Below are positions 28,579 through 38,310 of a stretch of 64,000 nucleotides of DNA, one piece after another. The notes beneath the pieces were generated by a model. That model made no database searches. It worked only from the letters and a program-made list of their open reading frames with translations, and was not told the origin of the DNA. The first letter of the stretch is position 1, and each line of letters opens with the position of its first letter. Source of the DNA: a virus (Duplodnaviria > Caudoviricetes); the IMG/VR virus record IMGVR_UViG_3300014204_000113, positions 32,001 to 96,000 of that record, one strand, 5' to 3'. Both the position numbers and the translations under genes were made by a program.

Positions 28579-30465
28579 ATGAAATCTACTTTAAAACTTT
28601 TCAGAGCAGTTCCCATCAAAGAAAAGAAAGATGGCATTCTCGACAAGAAGGTGCTGTCCAGAACTATTAAAAGTGGATTTGTCCTCTCTTCTGAAATCTT
28701 CGCCAATTATTCTGGAAAAGAATTAGATAGGCTTGTAGCTCAAATTGAAAAAGAAATCGGCCTTTCCGCAAAACAAGCAAACAGTTCCTTCCACAAATCT
28801 TGGAAAAAAGTCAAAGAAGCAAGCATTGAACAGTTAGTTTTGGAACAATTGGTTCATTATTTTACAACTTATGGAATGGAAAGATTAGGTTTGTATGATG
28901 AGAATTTCATTTACATTCCAACTGAAGAATTGAAAATTCCTAAAATCAACATTGATAAAGTTCCTTTGATTGTCATCAAAGGATATACCAAAGAAGAACT
29001 GCAACAAAAGTTGATGCAACTGCTGGGAACTGGAATTGCTCTAGGTGAAGATACCATTAAGGCGGTTTTGGATGTCATAACTTATGTTGGTTTCAATCCA
29101 GAAGATATTGATAATGTCAAGAATAAAGAAGTAAAAATTGCTTTGTATGATTATTTGAATATCGTTCCTGAAAATCCAGTTGAATTTTTGAGATATGTTG
29201 TTTATAGAGCCACCAATAAAACTTTGTTGATTAAAGACACAACCACCATTGATGCTATCAAAACAAGAAACAATCTTGATGTCTTGGGATTGTTTGTGAG
29301 ATATTCTCAAACTTATAAACTTGAAAACTTGGCAACCATCTTTTATAGATTCAAACCTATTTTTCTGGCATTCAGAACCAACAGGCAATTAAAAACAATC
29401 ATAAACAAAATCAGGAAATTAGCAAACATTTATCACAAACCAATGCTGGAAGATTATCTGAATGAAATAACCGCTAAAATCAAAAGAAACGAAAAAATTG
29501 ACGAAGAAAAACTAATTAAAGAATTATCTAAAGTCAATCCTTTCAGGAAAATTAGACTAGCCTACGCTTTGAATTATAGAATGGGTGATGTTGAATCTAT
29601 TTTATATAAAATAAGAAATGGGAAGGCATTTGCATCTGATTTCAATTTTGATAATTTTGGTGCAACTAATAATGTTTTGGTGACTGTTAAAGAATCTATT
29701 ATTAATGACTTGAAAAAGAATGTCAAAGGCAAGAAAATATACATTCCTGACAATATTGAATATGCTTTGCCAGCAACGGAAAAGCAATTTACTGGTCAAT
29801 TTCCATCCGGCACTTGCGTTAAACTACCTAAGAATATGGTCTTTGGCGTTTATTGGAAAAATGTTGATGGTAATAGAATCGACTTGGACTTATCTTTGAT
29901 TGATGTCAATAATAAATTTGGTTGGGACGGACATTATCGAAATGACAAAAGGAGTATTTTGTTTTCTGGCGATATGACTGATGCACATAATGGTGCTTCT
30001 GAACTGTTTTATATTCAAAAACAATCAGAAAGTCAGTTTCTTGTTTGTCTGAATTATTACAATTATGACACTGAAATTGAAGTACCAATCAAAATTTTTG
30101 TAGCTAATCAAGAAATAACTAAATTAAAACAAAATTATATGGTCAATCCTAACAATGTGGTTGCTACTGCTGAAACTAAAATAAATAAGAAACAAATAGT
30201 ATTGGGATTGGTGGTTATAAACAAATATGAAAGCAAATTTTACTTTTCTGAAACCAGTATAGGTAAGTCAATAACTGCAAACAATTTGCCTTATGTGGAA
30301 AATACTCGTAAATATCTTCGCGATTTTTATTCAAATACAATAAATTTGAAAGATTTGTTGATTGGCGCTGGCGCTGAATTTGTTGATGAAGAAAGTTGTG
30401 AAATCAATTTATCACCACAAAAACTTGAGAAAGATACTGTTATAAATTTATTAAAGGTCAACTAA
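28579..30465 (+). CDS. Large helical protein with C-terminal TerD-like domain
   Basis: GVYW..RIDLDLS..FSGDMTDA.NGASE resembles TerD motifs. Confidence 0.55.
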   Translation: MKSTLKLFRAVPIKEKKDGILDKKVLSRTIKSGFVLSSEIFANYSGKELDRLVAQIEKEIGLSAKQANSSFHKSWKKVKEASIEQLVLEQLVHYFTTYGMERLGLYDENFIYIPTEELKIPKINIDKVPLIVIKGYTKEELQQKLMQLLGTGIALGEDTIKAVLDVITYVGFNPEDIDNVKNKEVKIALYDYLNIVPENPVEFLRYVVYRATNKTLLIKDTTTIDAIKTRNNLDVLGLFVRYSQTYKLENLATIFYRFKPIFLAFRTNRQLKTIINKIRKLANIYHKPMLEDYLNEITAKIKRNEKIDEEKLIKELSKVNPFRKIRLAYALNYRMGDVESILYKIRNGKAFASDFNFDNFGATNNVLVTVKESIINDLKKNVKGKKIYIPDNIEYALPATEKQFTGQFPSGTCVKLPKNMVFGVYWKNVDGNRIDLDLSLIDVNNKFGWDGHYRNDKRSILFSGDMTDAHNGASELFYIQKQSESQFLVCLNYYNYDTEIEVPIKIFVANQEITKLKQNYMVNPNNVVATAETKINKKQIVLGLVVINKYESKFYFSETSIGKSITANNLPYVENTRKYLRDFYSNTINLKDLLIGAGAEFVDEESCEINLSPQKLEKDTVINLLKVN

Positions 30466-30466
30466 T

Positions 30467-30770
30467 ATGGGTTTCTTTGGTTTTCTTAAAAACAAATGTG
30501 ATATTTGTGGTAAAAAGGGGAATCTTAAAAAAAAAGATTTAAAAGATTTAAATGTAACATTTATGTAAATGAATATTATGCCTATCACCTAGAATGCTTG
30601 AAGGATGTAATTAAGAATCCAGAAAAATACACTAATTTAAAAGTAGACAAGGCTATTGAAATTACAGACATTCTTGAAGAAATGCAGAAAAAAGAAGAAA
30701 ACGAAAAACAAGAAAGGCAGGAAAAACTCGATAAAGTTAGAAATAAAATTTGTTCTTTGTTAAATAATTA
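30467..30770 (+). pseudogene. Zinc-finger ORF split by frameshift at an A9 run
   Basis: MGFFGFLKNKCDICG.. stops early; the -1 frame continues ..YHLECLKDVIKNPEKY.. Confidence 0.5.
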
Positions 30771-30780
30771 AACCATTTTG

Positions 30781-31135
30781 CAAGCAGGTGGGTGGGGTGC
30801 AGCCTGAGAAAGAAATAAGGAGTCGTTAAGCGTCTTTGAAGTTCTTTCTAAATAGTGCCTCTTATGTGTCTGGTGCCGCGTGTCGGCTCGATATGGATAA
30901 TCCCAGCCGGACATGACCACAGAGAAGACGTTCTCTGTTTGTAACCCCAGGTCTCACCTGCCTGTCTGAATAAGAGAAGGGTGGCCCTGATGTGGGCGTC
31001 CTGCCTCTGGACAAAATCAGAGGTAACTTGGCAGGGGCAAGTGACAGCACCGGCTAAAACTGCGATTGAGCCATGGTAATTAATCGTGGGGTTGGCAGGG
31101 CCTCAAAAGAAGTCCGAAGCGGCTTGTCTTTGCTA
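30781..31135 (+). ncRNA. Unidentified ~350-nt GC-rich structured RNA
   Basis: No credible ORF, GC far above genome level, multiple long-range and local helices (see findings). Confidence 0.6.
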
Positions 31136-31309
31136 AGTTTATATTTTTTATAGAAGGAGGAATATGATAATGAAAGTAGTTAATATATCTAATGAATTAC
31201 AAAATTTGAGTTTTTCTAATTTGAAATTATCTATCAAATTATTAAAGATTATTGCTCTGAAAAGAGGATATACATTTATTATGCCAAGTCAAAAATAGAG
31301 AATTAAATA

Positions 31310-31822
31310 ATGACCAATCTTATTTCTAGACAAGACCTTAAAAAAGCAATCAAAGAAGTAAATGAGAAGTTCAAAATTAAACAAAGTCTTGCTGTTTCAA
31401 CAGAAGACTTGTCCAGTTTTTTACGTTCTGTTTATATTAAACACAAAGAAGCGATGCCTAAATTTGCAAGACAAGTGGCAGAATTGATACCGGAAGAAGA
31501 AACTTGTCCTGAATTTGGTTATGGATATAATCCTAAAGAATGCCAAGGATGTGATGAAGGACAAGAGTGTAGGAGATTGTCAGACCTTGCAGCAAAAGGT
31601 GATTACGACCCAGTTAAAAGATTCGTGGACAAATATGGGAATGTCCAACCTGTAAATGTCATGTTTGATATTCTTTGTAGAGAACCAGATATAGATAAGA
31701 ATGAATTTGAAAAAAGAGTGAAGGAGACTGGAATAGATTATAGTTATCATGGTTTTGATTTGGCATGGAGAATGACGCAAAAAGTTGTTGCAGGATTGAG
31801 AAGGCATAAATGGATGAAATAA
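31310..31822 (+). CDS. Hypothetical protein with CPxFG..CxxC..C module
   Basis: CPEFGYGYNPKECQGCDEGQEC. Confidence 0.6.
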   Translation: MTNLISRQDLKKAIKEVNEKFKIKQSLAVSTEDLSSFLRSVYIKHKEAMPKFARQVAELIPEEETCPEFGYGYNPKECQGCDEGQECRRLSDLAAKGDYDPVKRFVDKYGNVQPVNVMFDILCREPDIDKNEFEKRVKETGIDYSYHGFDLAWRMTQKVVAGLRRHKWMK

Positions 31823-32202
31823 TGGAAGAATTAATAATCACACAAAAATATCTTCAAGACAATCCAGACCATATCTTTGTTTTTGGGGATAATCTTTTAA
31901 GGAAAGGAAAGGCTGGGGCGGCAAAACTGAGAGACCTTCCTAATTCTTATGGATTCATTACAAAGAAATATCCAAACAATGACATTAAAAGTTTTTACAA
32001 ACCAGAAGAATATAAAACAGTATTTGAAAAAGAATTAGATAAATTGATATTTCAAATTGTGATGCATCAAGACAAGACTTTTCTAATTAGTAAATTAGGC
32101 AGCGGTCTTGCTAATCGTTTTCACATTTGGGAAAAGGTTATCAAATTCGGACTTGTGCATTTAAAACACTATGAAAATGTAAAATTTCTATGGACGGAAT
32201 AA
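31810..32202 (+). CDS. Conserved phage protein (IFVFGDN family, macro-domain-like)
   Basis: IFVFGDN..GKAGAA, GxxTKK, LGSGLA. Confidence 0.55.
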   Translation: MDEIMEELIITQKYLQDNPDHIFVFGDNLLRKGKAGAAKLRDLPNSYGFITKKYPNNDIKSFYKPEEYKTVFEKELDKLIFQIVMHQDKTFLISKLGSGLANRFHIWEKVIKFGLVHLKHYENVKFLWTE

Positions 32203-32574
32203 ATGAGAAATAATAGTATGAAAGACGAAAATTTAAAAGATAAGATAACAAAAGACTTTCCAGAAATTTATTCTGATTGTTTTGATTTTTCCATTGGCAA
32301 AGGGTGGTACAAAATTGTTTATAAACTAACAGAAGAAATAAGGAAGGTTGACAAAAATGTAAAAGTTTTGCAAGTGAAAGAGAAGATGGGTTTTATTCGT
32401 TACTACATTTCAATTCCAAAAGAAGAAGCAGTTGATAAAATTTACACATTGATTAGAAAGGCGATGGAAGAATCGGGCAAGACTTGCGAATTCTGTGGCA
32501 CTAAGAAGAACATCACTACAGAAGGAAAATTTTGGATAAAAACATTATGTGATAAATGTCGAGAACAATTATGA
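32203..32574 (+). CDS. Conserved phage protein with C-terminal zinc ribbon
   Basis: GKGW, QVKEKMG..RYY, CEFCG..WIKTLCDKC. Confidence 0.65.
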   Translation: MRNNSMKDENLKDKITKDFPEIYSDCFDFSIGKGWYKIVYKLTEEIRKVDKNVKVLQVKEKMGFIRYYISIPKEEAVDKIYTLIRKAMEESGKTCEFCGTKKNITTEGKFWIKTLCDKCREQL

Positions 32575-32948
32575 AAACTATTTACATCGTTTATGGTAGT
32601 GAAGGAAATTACGACGATTATTACGAATATGACATCAAAGCGTTTATTTGCAAAGACAAAACAGAACAACTTGTCGAATTGCTGAAAGAGGAAGCGAAAA
32701 GAGTTATTGAACATAACAGAAAGGTGTATGAAAAACATCCTTTTCCAAAGAATGATGGAACCTTTAGAGACAGAAGGGGGAGGGCGCATGAGGGTTGGCG
32801 GGAAGAGTGGGACAGAGTAAAGAATTTGATAGAAAGTGAACTGACAGAAAACAAATATGATTCAACGACATTTCAAGATAACGTGGAATATAATATAAAA
32901 GAATTGGAATTGGATGAAACATTGCATGTAGAAATAGTAGAAAATTAA
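32556..32948 (+). CDS. Hypothetical protein
   Basis: ORF in operon. Confidence 0.55.
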   Translation: MSRTIMKTIYIVYGSEGNYDDYYEYDIKAFICKDKTEQLVELLKEEAKRVIEHNRKVYEKHPFPKNDGTFRDRRGRAHEGWREEWDRVKNLIESELTENKYDSTTFQDNVEYNIKELELDETLHVEIVEN

Positions 32949-33161
32949 ATAAAACATTGGAGAATTGAAAGAAATGTTAGACTGTGAATTTAATCCTATT
33001 GAAAATCGTCCTTTGACCCTAAAGGAATATAGGGATGGTTTGTCTCATGCCAAAGCTGTGTATATGTTGGGTGGGGAAGAACAACTTGCAGTGTGTGAAC
33101 GTTGTGCTGAATTGCCTTTGTTAGTGAAGAAGTATAAAATTAAGAAGTTGATTGAGGGATA

Positions 33162-34409
33162 ATGGAAGTTTCTTACATCATAGAAAGACTTTGTGACTGC
33201 GGATACCATGCATATATAACCGGGGGCGCGGTTAGAGATGCGCTAGCAGGCTTACCGTCTAAAGATGAAGATATAGTTACTAACGCTACACCTGAAGAAA
33301 TAGAAAAAGTATTTCTTGGCCATGACGTTAAATTTGTTGGAAAACAATTTTTAGTGACATTGGTTGATGGTGTGGAAGTCGCAACATATCGCAAAGATAC
33401 TTATGGTGGTTTCTCTGACAAAAATTGCGAAGTTTCTTTTGTAGAAACTCTCGGAGAAGATTTAGGCAGAAGGGACATAACTATAAATTCCTTAGCCTAT
33501 TGTGAATATACAGGAGAAGTGATTGATTTATATGGTGGCCAAGATGATTTAAAAAAGAAAATTATCAAATTTGTAAATAATCCAAAAGAAAGAATTCATG
33601 AAGACCCAAACAGAATAATCAGAGCTTGCAGATTCCTTGCTAAGATTGATGGTAGATTTGAATGTAAAACTTTTGAAGCATTGTGTGAATATTCTCATTA
33701 TGTCCGAGATTATGTTGCGAAAGAAAGAATCAGGCTTGAAATATTAAAAGCATTAGAATTACCAAAACCTTCTTTGTTTTTCCAAGCATTGTTTGAAATT
33801 AACGCTTTGCAATACATTTTTCCAAGCATGATTCCTTGTGCCGACCATCACCATGGCAAACATCATAGAGAAGATATTTTTACTCATCTAATGATTGTTG
33901 GTGATTCTATTTCTCCTAAATATCCTTTATTAAGATTATCAGGATATTTACATGATGTTGGTAAACCAGAATCATATTCAGATGATGGTAAATTTATAAA
34001 TCATGAAAATGTTGGTGCTGAAATAATTATAAAAGAACTACAAGATTTGAGATTTTCCATAGATGAAGTTTCTAAAGTATCAAATTTGATAAAATGTCAT
34101 ATGTATTCAATTAAAGATATTTCTCCAAAATCAATTAGAAAATTATTAGTTTTTCTCAATGAATTAGGTTTGAATTATTCTGAATTTTTAAGATTAAGAA
34201 TTGCAGATAGAATTGGTAATTTAGCTAAACCAAATTTTACTTTAAAAGAAATAAAAGAAGTCTTATTGAAATTTAAAAATGTAATTAACGAAAAAACTCC
34301 ATTCAGTGTTAAAAGTTTAATGATAAATGGTGATGATGTTATGAATCTTCTTAATCTTGTTCCTGGAAAGAAAGTTGGAGAAATCTTAAAAATGTTGAAT
34401 GTTGTTTGA
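33162..34409 (+). CDS. cca: tRNA nucleotidyltransferase (CCA-adding/PAP class II) with HD domain; C-terminus altered by 7-nt duplication
   Basis: GGAVRD, DEDI, RRDITINS, EDPNRIIR, ERI, LHDVGKP. Confidence 0.9.
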   Translation: MEVSYIIERLCDCGYHAYITGGAVRDALAGLPSKDEDIVTNATPEEIEKVFLGHDVKFVGKQFLVTLVDGVEVATYRKDTYGGFSDKNCEVSFVETLGEDLGRRDITINSLAYCEYTGEVIDLYGGQDDLKKKIIKFVNNPKERIHEDPNRIIRACRFLAKIDGRFECKTFEALCEYSHYVRDYVAKERIRLEILKALELPKPSLFFQALFEINALQYIFPSMIPCADHHHGKHHREDIFTHLMIVGDSISPKYPLLRLSGYLHDVGKPESYSDDGKFINHENVGAEIIIKELQDLRFSIDEVSKVSNLIKCHMYSIKDISPKSIRKLLVFLNELGLNYSEFLRLRIADRIGNLAKPNFTLKEIKEVLLKFKNVINEKTPFSVKSLMINGDDVMNLLNLVPGKKVGEILKMLNVV

Positions 34410-34481
34410 ATACGTCCTTGAAAATGGACCTGAGTATAATACTAGAGAGAAACTGCTTGAGCAATTAAGAGAGATGGGATA

Positions 34482-35363
34482 ATGGCAAGCATTGTAGCAA
34501 ACCTCGCTAAAAGAGGATTAATCAAACCTCCTTCATATGCAATTGACACCCAGTATGAAGTTATTACTGGTAGTGTTTCGTATGGTGTGTCTTCTGGTTC
34601 TTCTGACCTTGATGTTGTTGGGTTTTGTATCCCTTCTAAAGAAATTGTATTTCCTCATCTTGCAGGAATAGTTCAAGGTTTTGGTTCTCATGGAGAAAGG
34701 TTCGATCAATTTCAACAACATCACATAGAAGATAAAGAGGGAAGGAAAGAATATGATTTAACGGTTTATAATATTGTAAAATTCTTTCAATTGTGTATGG
34801 AAAACAATCCCAATATGGTGGATGCTTTGTTCGTCTCGCAAAGATGTGTTTTACATATCACTAAAATTGGGCAAATGGTTAGAGATAACAGAAAAGAGTT
34901 TTTACATAAAGGTTGTTTTTACAAATTTCGCGGATATTCTTACAGCCAATTGCACAAAGCGAGAATCAAACAACCAACAGGGAAAAGAAAAGAAATTGTA
35001 GATAAATTGGGATTTGACCCAAAATTTCTTTATCATTGTGTAAGATTATTAGATGAAACAGAACAAATACTTATTGAAGGCGATTTAGACCTTGAAAGAA
35101 ATAAAGAATATTTAAAAGAAATTAGAAGAGGCGAAGTATCATTAGAAAGAGTTGAAGAATATTTTCAAATGAGAGAAAAATATCTTGAAGAAGTTTATCA
35201 AAAATCAACCTTGCCTCATTCGCCAGATGAACAGAAAATTAAGAACTTGCTTCTTTCTTGTCTTGAAGAATTTTATGGGAATTTAAACAATTGTATAAAA
35301 ACACTTGGAACTACAGAACAGATTATCAATGATTTGAAATTAATTGTAAATAAATATAGTTAA
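34482..35363 (+). CDS. Pol-beta superfamily nucleotidyltransferase (RlaP/YcgL-like)
   Basis: GSVSYG..SDLD, NNPN..L, YH..RL, EIRRGE. Confidence 0.8.
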   Translation: MASIVANLAKRGLIKPPSYAIDTQYEVITGSVSYGVSSGSSDLDVVGFCIPSKEIVFPHLAGIVQGFGSHGERFDQFQQHHIEDKEGRKEYDLTVYNIVKFFQLCMENNPNMVDALFVSQRCVLHITKIGQMVRDNRKEFLHKGCFYKFRGYSYSQLHKARIKQPTGKRKEIVDKLGFDPKFLYHCVRLLDETEQILIEGDLDLERNKEYLKEIRRGEVSLERVEEYFQMREKYLEEVYQKSTLPHSPDEQKIKNLLLSCLEEFYGNLNNCIKTLGTTEQIINDLKLIVNKYS

Positions 35364-35387
35364 ACATTTCATAATGGATACATCATA

Positions 35388-35792
35388 ATGGCCATAAAAT
35401 TTAGTTGGGAGAAAATTGTTGAAGGTCGTTTTAAAATGAGTTTAGATGAAGCATGGGAACTTGAATCGGGTAAAAATAAGAATGATGAGAAAATTTGGTA
35501 TCAAAGAATAGCAATTAGACATGATGGTTATATAATTTTAAAAAGTTTAGACCCGGTTCTTTTTGAGGCATGGACACCAAAACAAAAACAAACATTAAGA
35601 ATTATAGCCAATAAATATCCAGAAATTGTAATAGATGAATATTATGAAGGACAAGAAGGGGCTATTGTTTTTCCACCAAAATATCTACATGAAGTTGCTG
35701 AAATATTAGGTGCTAAGAAGAAAAGAAAGTTGACTGAAATTAAAAAAGAGGAACTTGCAGACAGAATTAGGAAGTACAGATTTAAACCCTAG
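35388..35792 (+). CDS. Hypothetical protein
   Basis: ORF. Confidence 0.55.
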   Translation: MAIKFSWEKIVEGRFKMSLDEAWELESGKNKNDEKIWYQRIAIRHDGYIILKSLDPVLFEAWTPKQKQTLRIIANKYPEIVIDEYYEGQEGAIVFPPKYLHEVAEILGAKKKRKLTEIKKEELADRIRKYRFKP

Positions 35793-35919
35793 ATTTACGC
35801 CTGAGAAAGCGTTAAAAAGGTTCAAAAACAAGAGATAATTTAAAATAGGTAGTTTGACAGGTCTTAATAAAAATTTATCAAAATCGAGGCTATTTAATTC
35901 AAGTTAGAAAGGAAAATAA

Positions 35920-36900
35920 ATGAATAAAACCAACGTTATCAAAGTGTTAGACAGTATTTCACCTATTCTTTCAGAAGATTATGACATTATTCACTTTAAT
36001 CAAGATTCAATTTACGCTGAAAACAACATGATAGGAATTTCTTGCAATCTAGATTTTGGTTTTAAGGCTTCAATTAGAGGGATTGAATTAATAAAACTTC
36101 TTAAAAAGATGTCAGGCGATGAAGTAGAATTTAAACTTACAGATAAAACTTTATCAGTCAAAGGTGGTGGTTTATCAGCCAAGTTTAAGAAATACGACAA
36201 GGAAAAAATGCCGCCAGACTTTACTGAATTGGAATTTAAGGAAATTCCAGATAATTTTATTGAAGCAATAATTGCTTGTTTGCCATCTGTATCAGACAAA
36301 GATATTCAAGGAATTTTAACTGGATTACACATTGATAATGCTTTGATGTATGGTTGTAACAATGTTTCTGTGACTGAATACGAAATACCAGATATGGATG
36401 TAACATTTACTCTTCCAAAACAAACCGCTTCTTTGTTGACCAAATTTAATCCAAAATATTATCATATCACTGATAACAAAGCCATTTTTGCCAATGAAGA
36501 TAAAACTTCATTTCTATGGTCTGTGCTTATGGCTGGTGCTTATCCTGTAGAAAACATGGTAAAGTTATTGTCTAAAGAAGGTGATATTTTTTCTTTGCCA
36601 GAAGAAATAGGCAAAAGGGCAGATATTGTAAGTCTGTTTGCTTATGATGCTCAAGATGGAAGTTCATTTATTGAAGTGGATATACAAGCGGATAAGATTG
36701 TATTGGGCGGTAACAAGTCTTTTGGGAATTTAGAAGATGTAATGGAATATAAATCAGAAGGAAGCGTAAAATTTCATGTGAATTCAAGTGCTTTGGGAAG
36801 GGCATTGACAATAAATAATAAATTTGTTTGCTGTGGAAATTATTTGGTATTTGAGGATGATAAGATTCGACATCTAATTTGTTTGGTTGACCATAGTTGA
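35920..36900 (+). CDS. DNA polymerase III beta-clamp-like protein
   Basis: Size, S......LTG.H, G.YP pattern and context with DnaE and clamp loader. Confidence 0.7.
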   Translation: MNKTNVIKVLDSISPILSEDYDIIHFNQDSIYAENNMIGISCNLDFGFKASIRGIELIKLLKKMSGDEVEFKLTDKTLSVKGGGLSAKFKKYDKEKMPPDFTELEFKEIPDNFIEAIIACLPSVSDKDIQGILTGLHIDNALMYGCNNVSVTEYEIPDMDVTFTLPKQTASLLTKFNPKYYHITDNKAIFANEDKTSFLWSVLMAGAYPVENMVKLLSKEGDIFSLPEEIGKRADIVSLFAYDAQDGSSFIEVDIQADKIVLGGNKSFGNLEDVMEYKSEGSVKFHVNSSALGRALTINNKFVCCGNYLVFEDDKIRHLICLVDHS

Positions 36901-36926
36901 TAATATGGGAATATTTGATAAAATAT

Positions 36927-36994
36927 GGTGAGGTAAGGTAAGGTTTGGTACGGTTAGGTTGGGTGGGGTAAGGTAGGGTGTGGTATGGTAAGGG
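36927..36994 (+). repeat. GGT-NN pentamer array A (13 units), candidate guide RNA
   Basis: NN = GA AA AA TT AC TA TG GG AA AG GT AT AA; invariant GGT. Confidence 0.9.
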
Positions 36995-37020
36995 TGCAAG
37001 TCTAAAGAATTAGACTTGCA
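36995..37020 (+). terminator. Perfect 11-bp hairpin immediately 3' of array A
   Basis: TGCAAGTCTAA-AGAA-TTAGACTTGCA. Confidence 0.6.
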
Positions 37021-37054
37021 CAGTTTCAAAGAATTAAAAAAGGAGAAATAAACA

Positions 37055-37309
37055 ATGTTAATGACACCACAGAATGAAGATTGGAATGAATTTTGCGCTA
37101 TTCTTGAAGGGCCAGAAGGCTGCGATTTTAAGAAAGATGAAAACGACAAAATCGTATGGAAGTGTGATAGTAGTATGGATAGACCGCTTGCCAATAAAAT
37201 TCTCGCTGAATATTTTCCAGAGATAGACATTGAAGGTTCGTTAGAATATTTCGATGAACATGGAGGCCTCTGTGATTGTGAAATTCTGTTTAATGTAGGT
37301 GATGAATAA
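37055..37309 (+). CDS. DUF2695-like hypothetical protein
   Basis: HGGLCDCEILFNV motif. Confidence 0.65.
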   Translation: MLMTPQNEDWNEFCAILEGPEGCDFKKDENDKIVWKCDSSMDRPLANKILAEYFPEIDIEGSLEYFDEHGGLCDCEILFNVGDE

Positions 37310-37716
37310 AAAGGGAGATAATTATGGATTGTTTTAACAGAGTAAGGTTTGGTGCGTGTCCTTATAGATTATCAAATCCAAATTACAGTTCTGTTAATGC
37401 TGCTGCTTGTTTAAAAACAGATTGTTTGGCTTTCGCGATAAAACATGAAATTAATGAACGATCAGGAAGAACCAGAGAAAGACCTTTTTGCCAAGCCCTT
37501 AAAATTTATTTGGATTAAAAAAGGAGAAACAAAATGGGTCCAAAAACTTGTTATGAATGCAACAACAAAGATTTGTGCGCTATCCTTTTTGTTTTTCAAA
37601 AGGCGATGGAAGAAAGTCCTACGCTTCCTGTAGTGGACAGTGATGATTTTGAACATAGGCTATATGAACTGCTTGGTCAAGACTGTTTGTATTATAATTA
37701 AAGGGAGACAAATAAA

Positions 37717-37992
37717 ATGCCTACAATTAAAATTCCAGCAGAATTGGCAAGAGATATCATTTATGATGACACGGACGAAGGAGAATTGGTTGAAGAAGAA
37801 ATTTTTGATAGTGGCAGATGGTCTATCACTTATAAAGCTATAATTAAATATCAGGATAAATTTTACAAAACATTTTATAGAGTAGGCGCTACTGAAGCAC
37901 AAGAAGAAAGACCGTGGGAATATGATGATGAAGCAGAGTTGGTTGAGGTTAAGCAAGTAGAGAAAATGGTTAAAGTTTGGGAAAAAGTTTAA
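37717..37992 (+). CDS. Conserved acidic phage protein
   Basis: GRWS, GATEAQE motif. Confidence 0.6.
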   Translation: MPTIKIPAELARDIIYDDTDEGELVEEEIFDSGRWSITYKAIIKYQDKFYKTFYRVGATEAQEERPWEYDDEAELVEVKQVEKMVKVWEKV

Positions 37993-37993
37993 A

Positions 37994-38302
37994 ATGCAGT
38001 TTGATCTAATATCTCACATACAACGACAGAAAGATTTTTCTCTCAAAACCTTTGGTCCTGGTTTTCGCACTCAAGGTATTCTTGACCATATCAAAAAAGA
38101 ATTGAAAGAAATTGAAGAAGAACCATATTCCATGGAATGGTTGGATGTGGTGATTTTGGCTCTTGATGGAGCGTGGAGAGCAGGTTTCACTCCAGAAGAA
38201 ATTGTTAAAGTGATAGAAGATAAACAAACTAAAAATGAAAATAGAAAATGGCCAGATTGGAAATTATTTGGTCAAGATGAAGTGATTGAACATATAAAGT
38301 AG
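37994..38302 (+). CDS. DUF550 / MazG-like (d)NTP pyrophosphohydrolase
   Basis: FGPG, HIKKELKE, EWLDVVILALDG, K..KN..RKWPDW. Confidence 0.75.
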   Translation: MQFDLISHIQRQKDFSLKTFGPGFRTQGILDHIKKELKEIEEEPYSMEWLDVVILALDGAWRAGFTPEEIVKVIEDKQTKNENRKWPDWKLFGQDEVIEHIK

Positions 38303-38310
38303 GAGGATAG

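Noticed and set aside
30862-31050. 62-aa minus-strand ORF
   Set aside because: Lies within the structured GC-rich RNA, no RBS or recognisable motif.
30781-31135. RNase P RNA or group II intron identity for the structured RNA
   Set aside because: GAAGTCCG and CACCGGCT resemble RNase P conserved regions but occur in the wrong order; no canonical domain V.
37341-37360. Short GGTTT-GGTGC run
   Set aside because: Only two units, inside a coding frame; chance.
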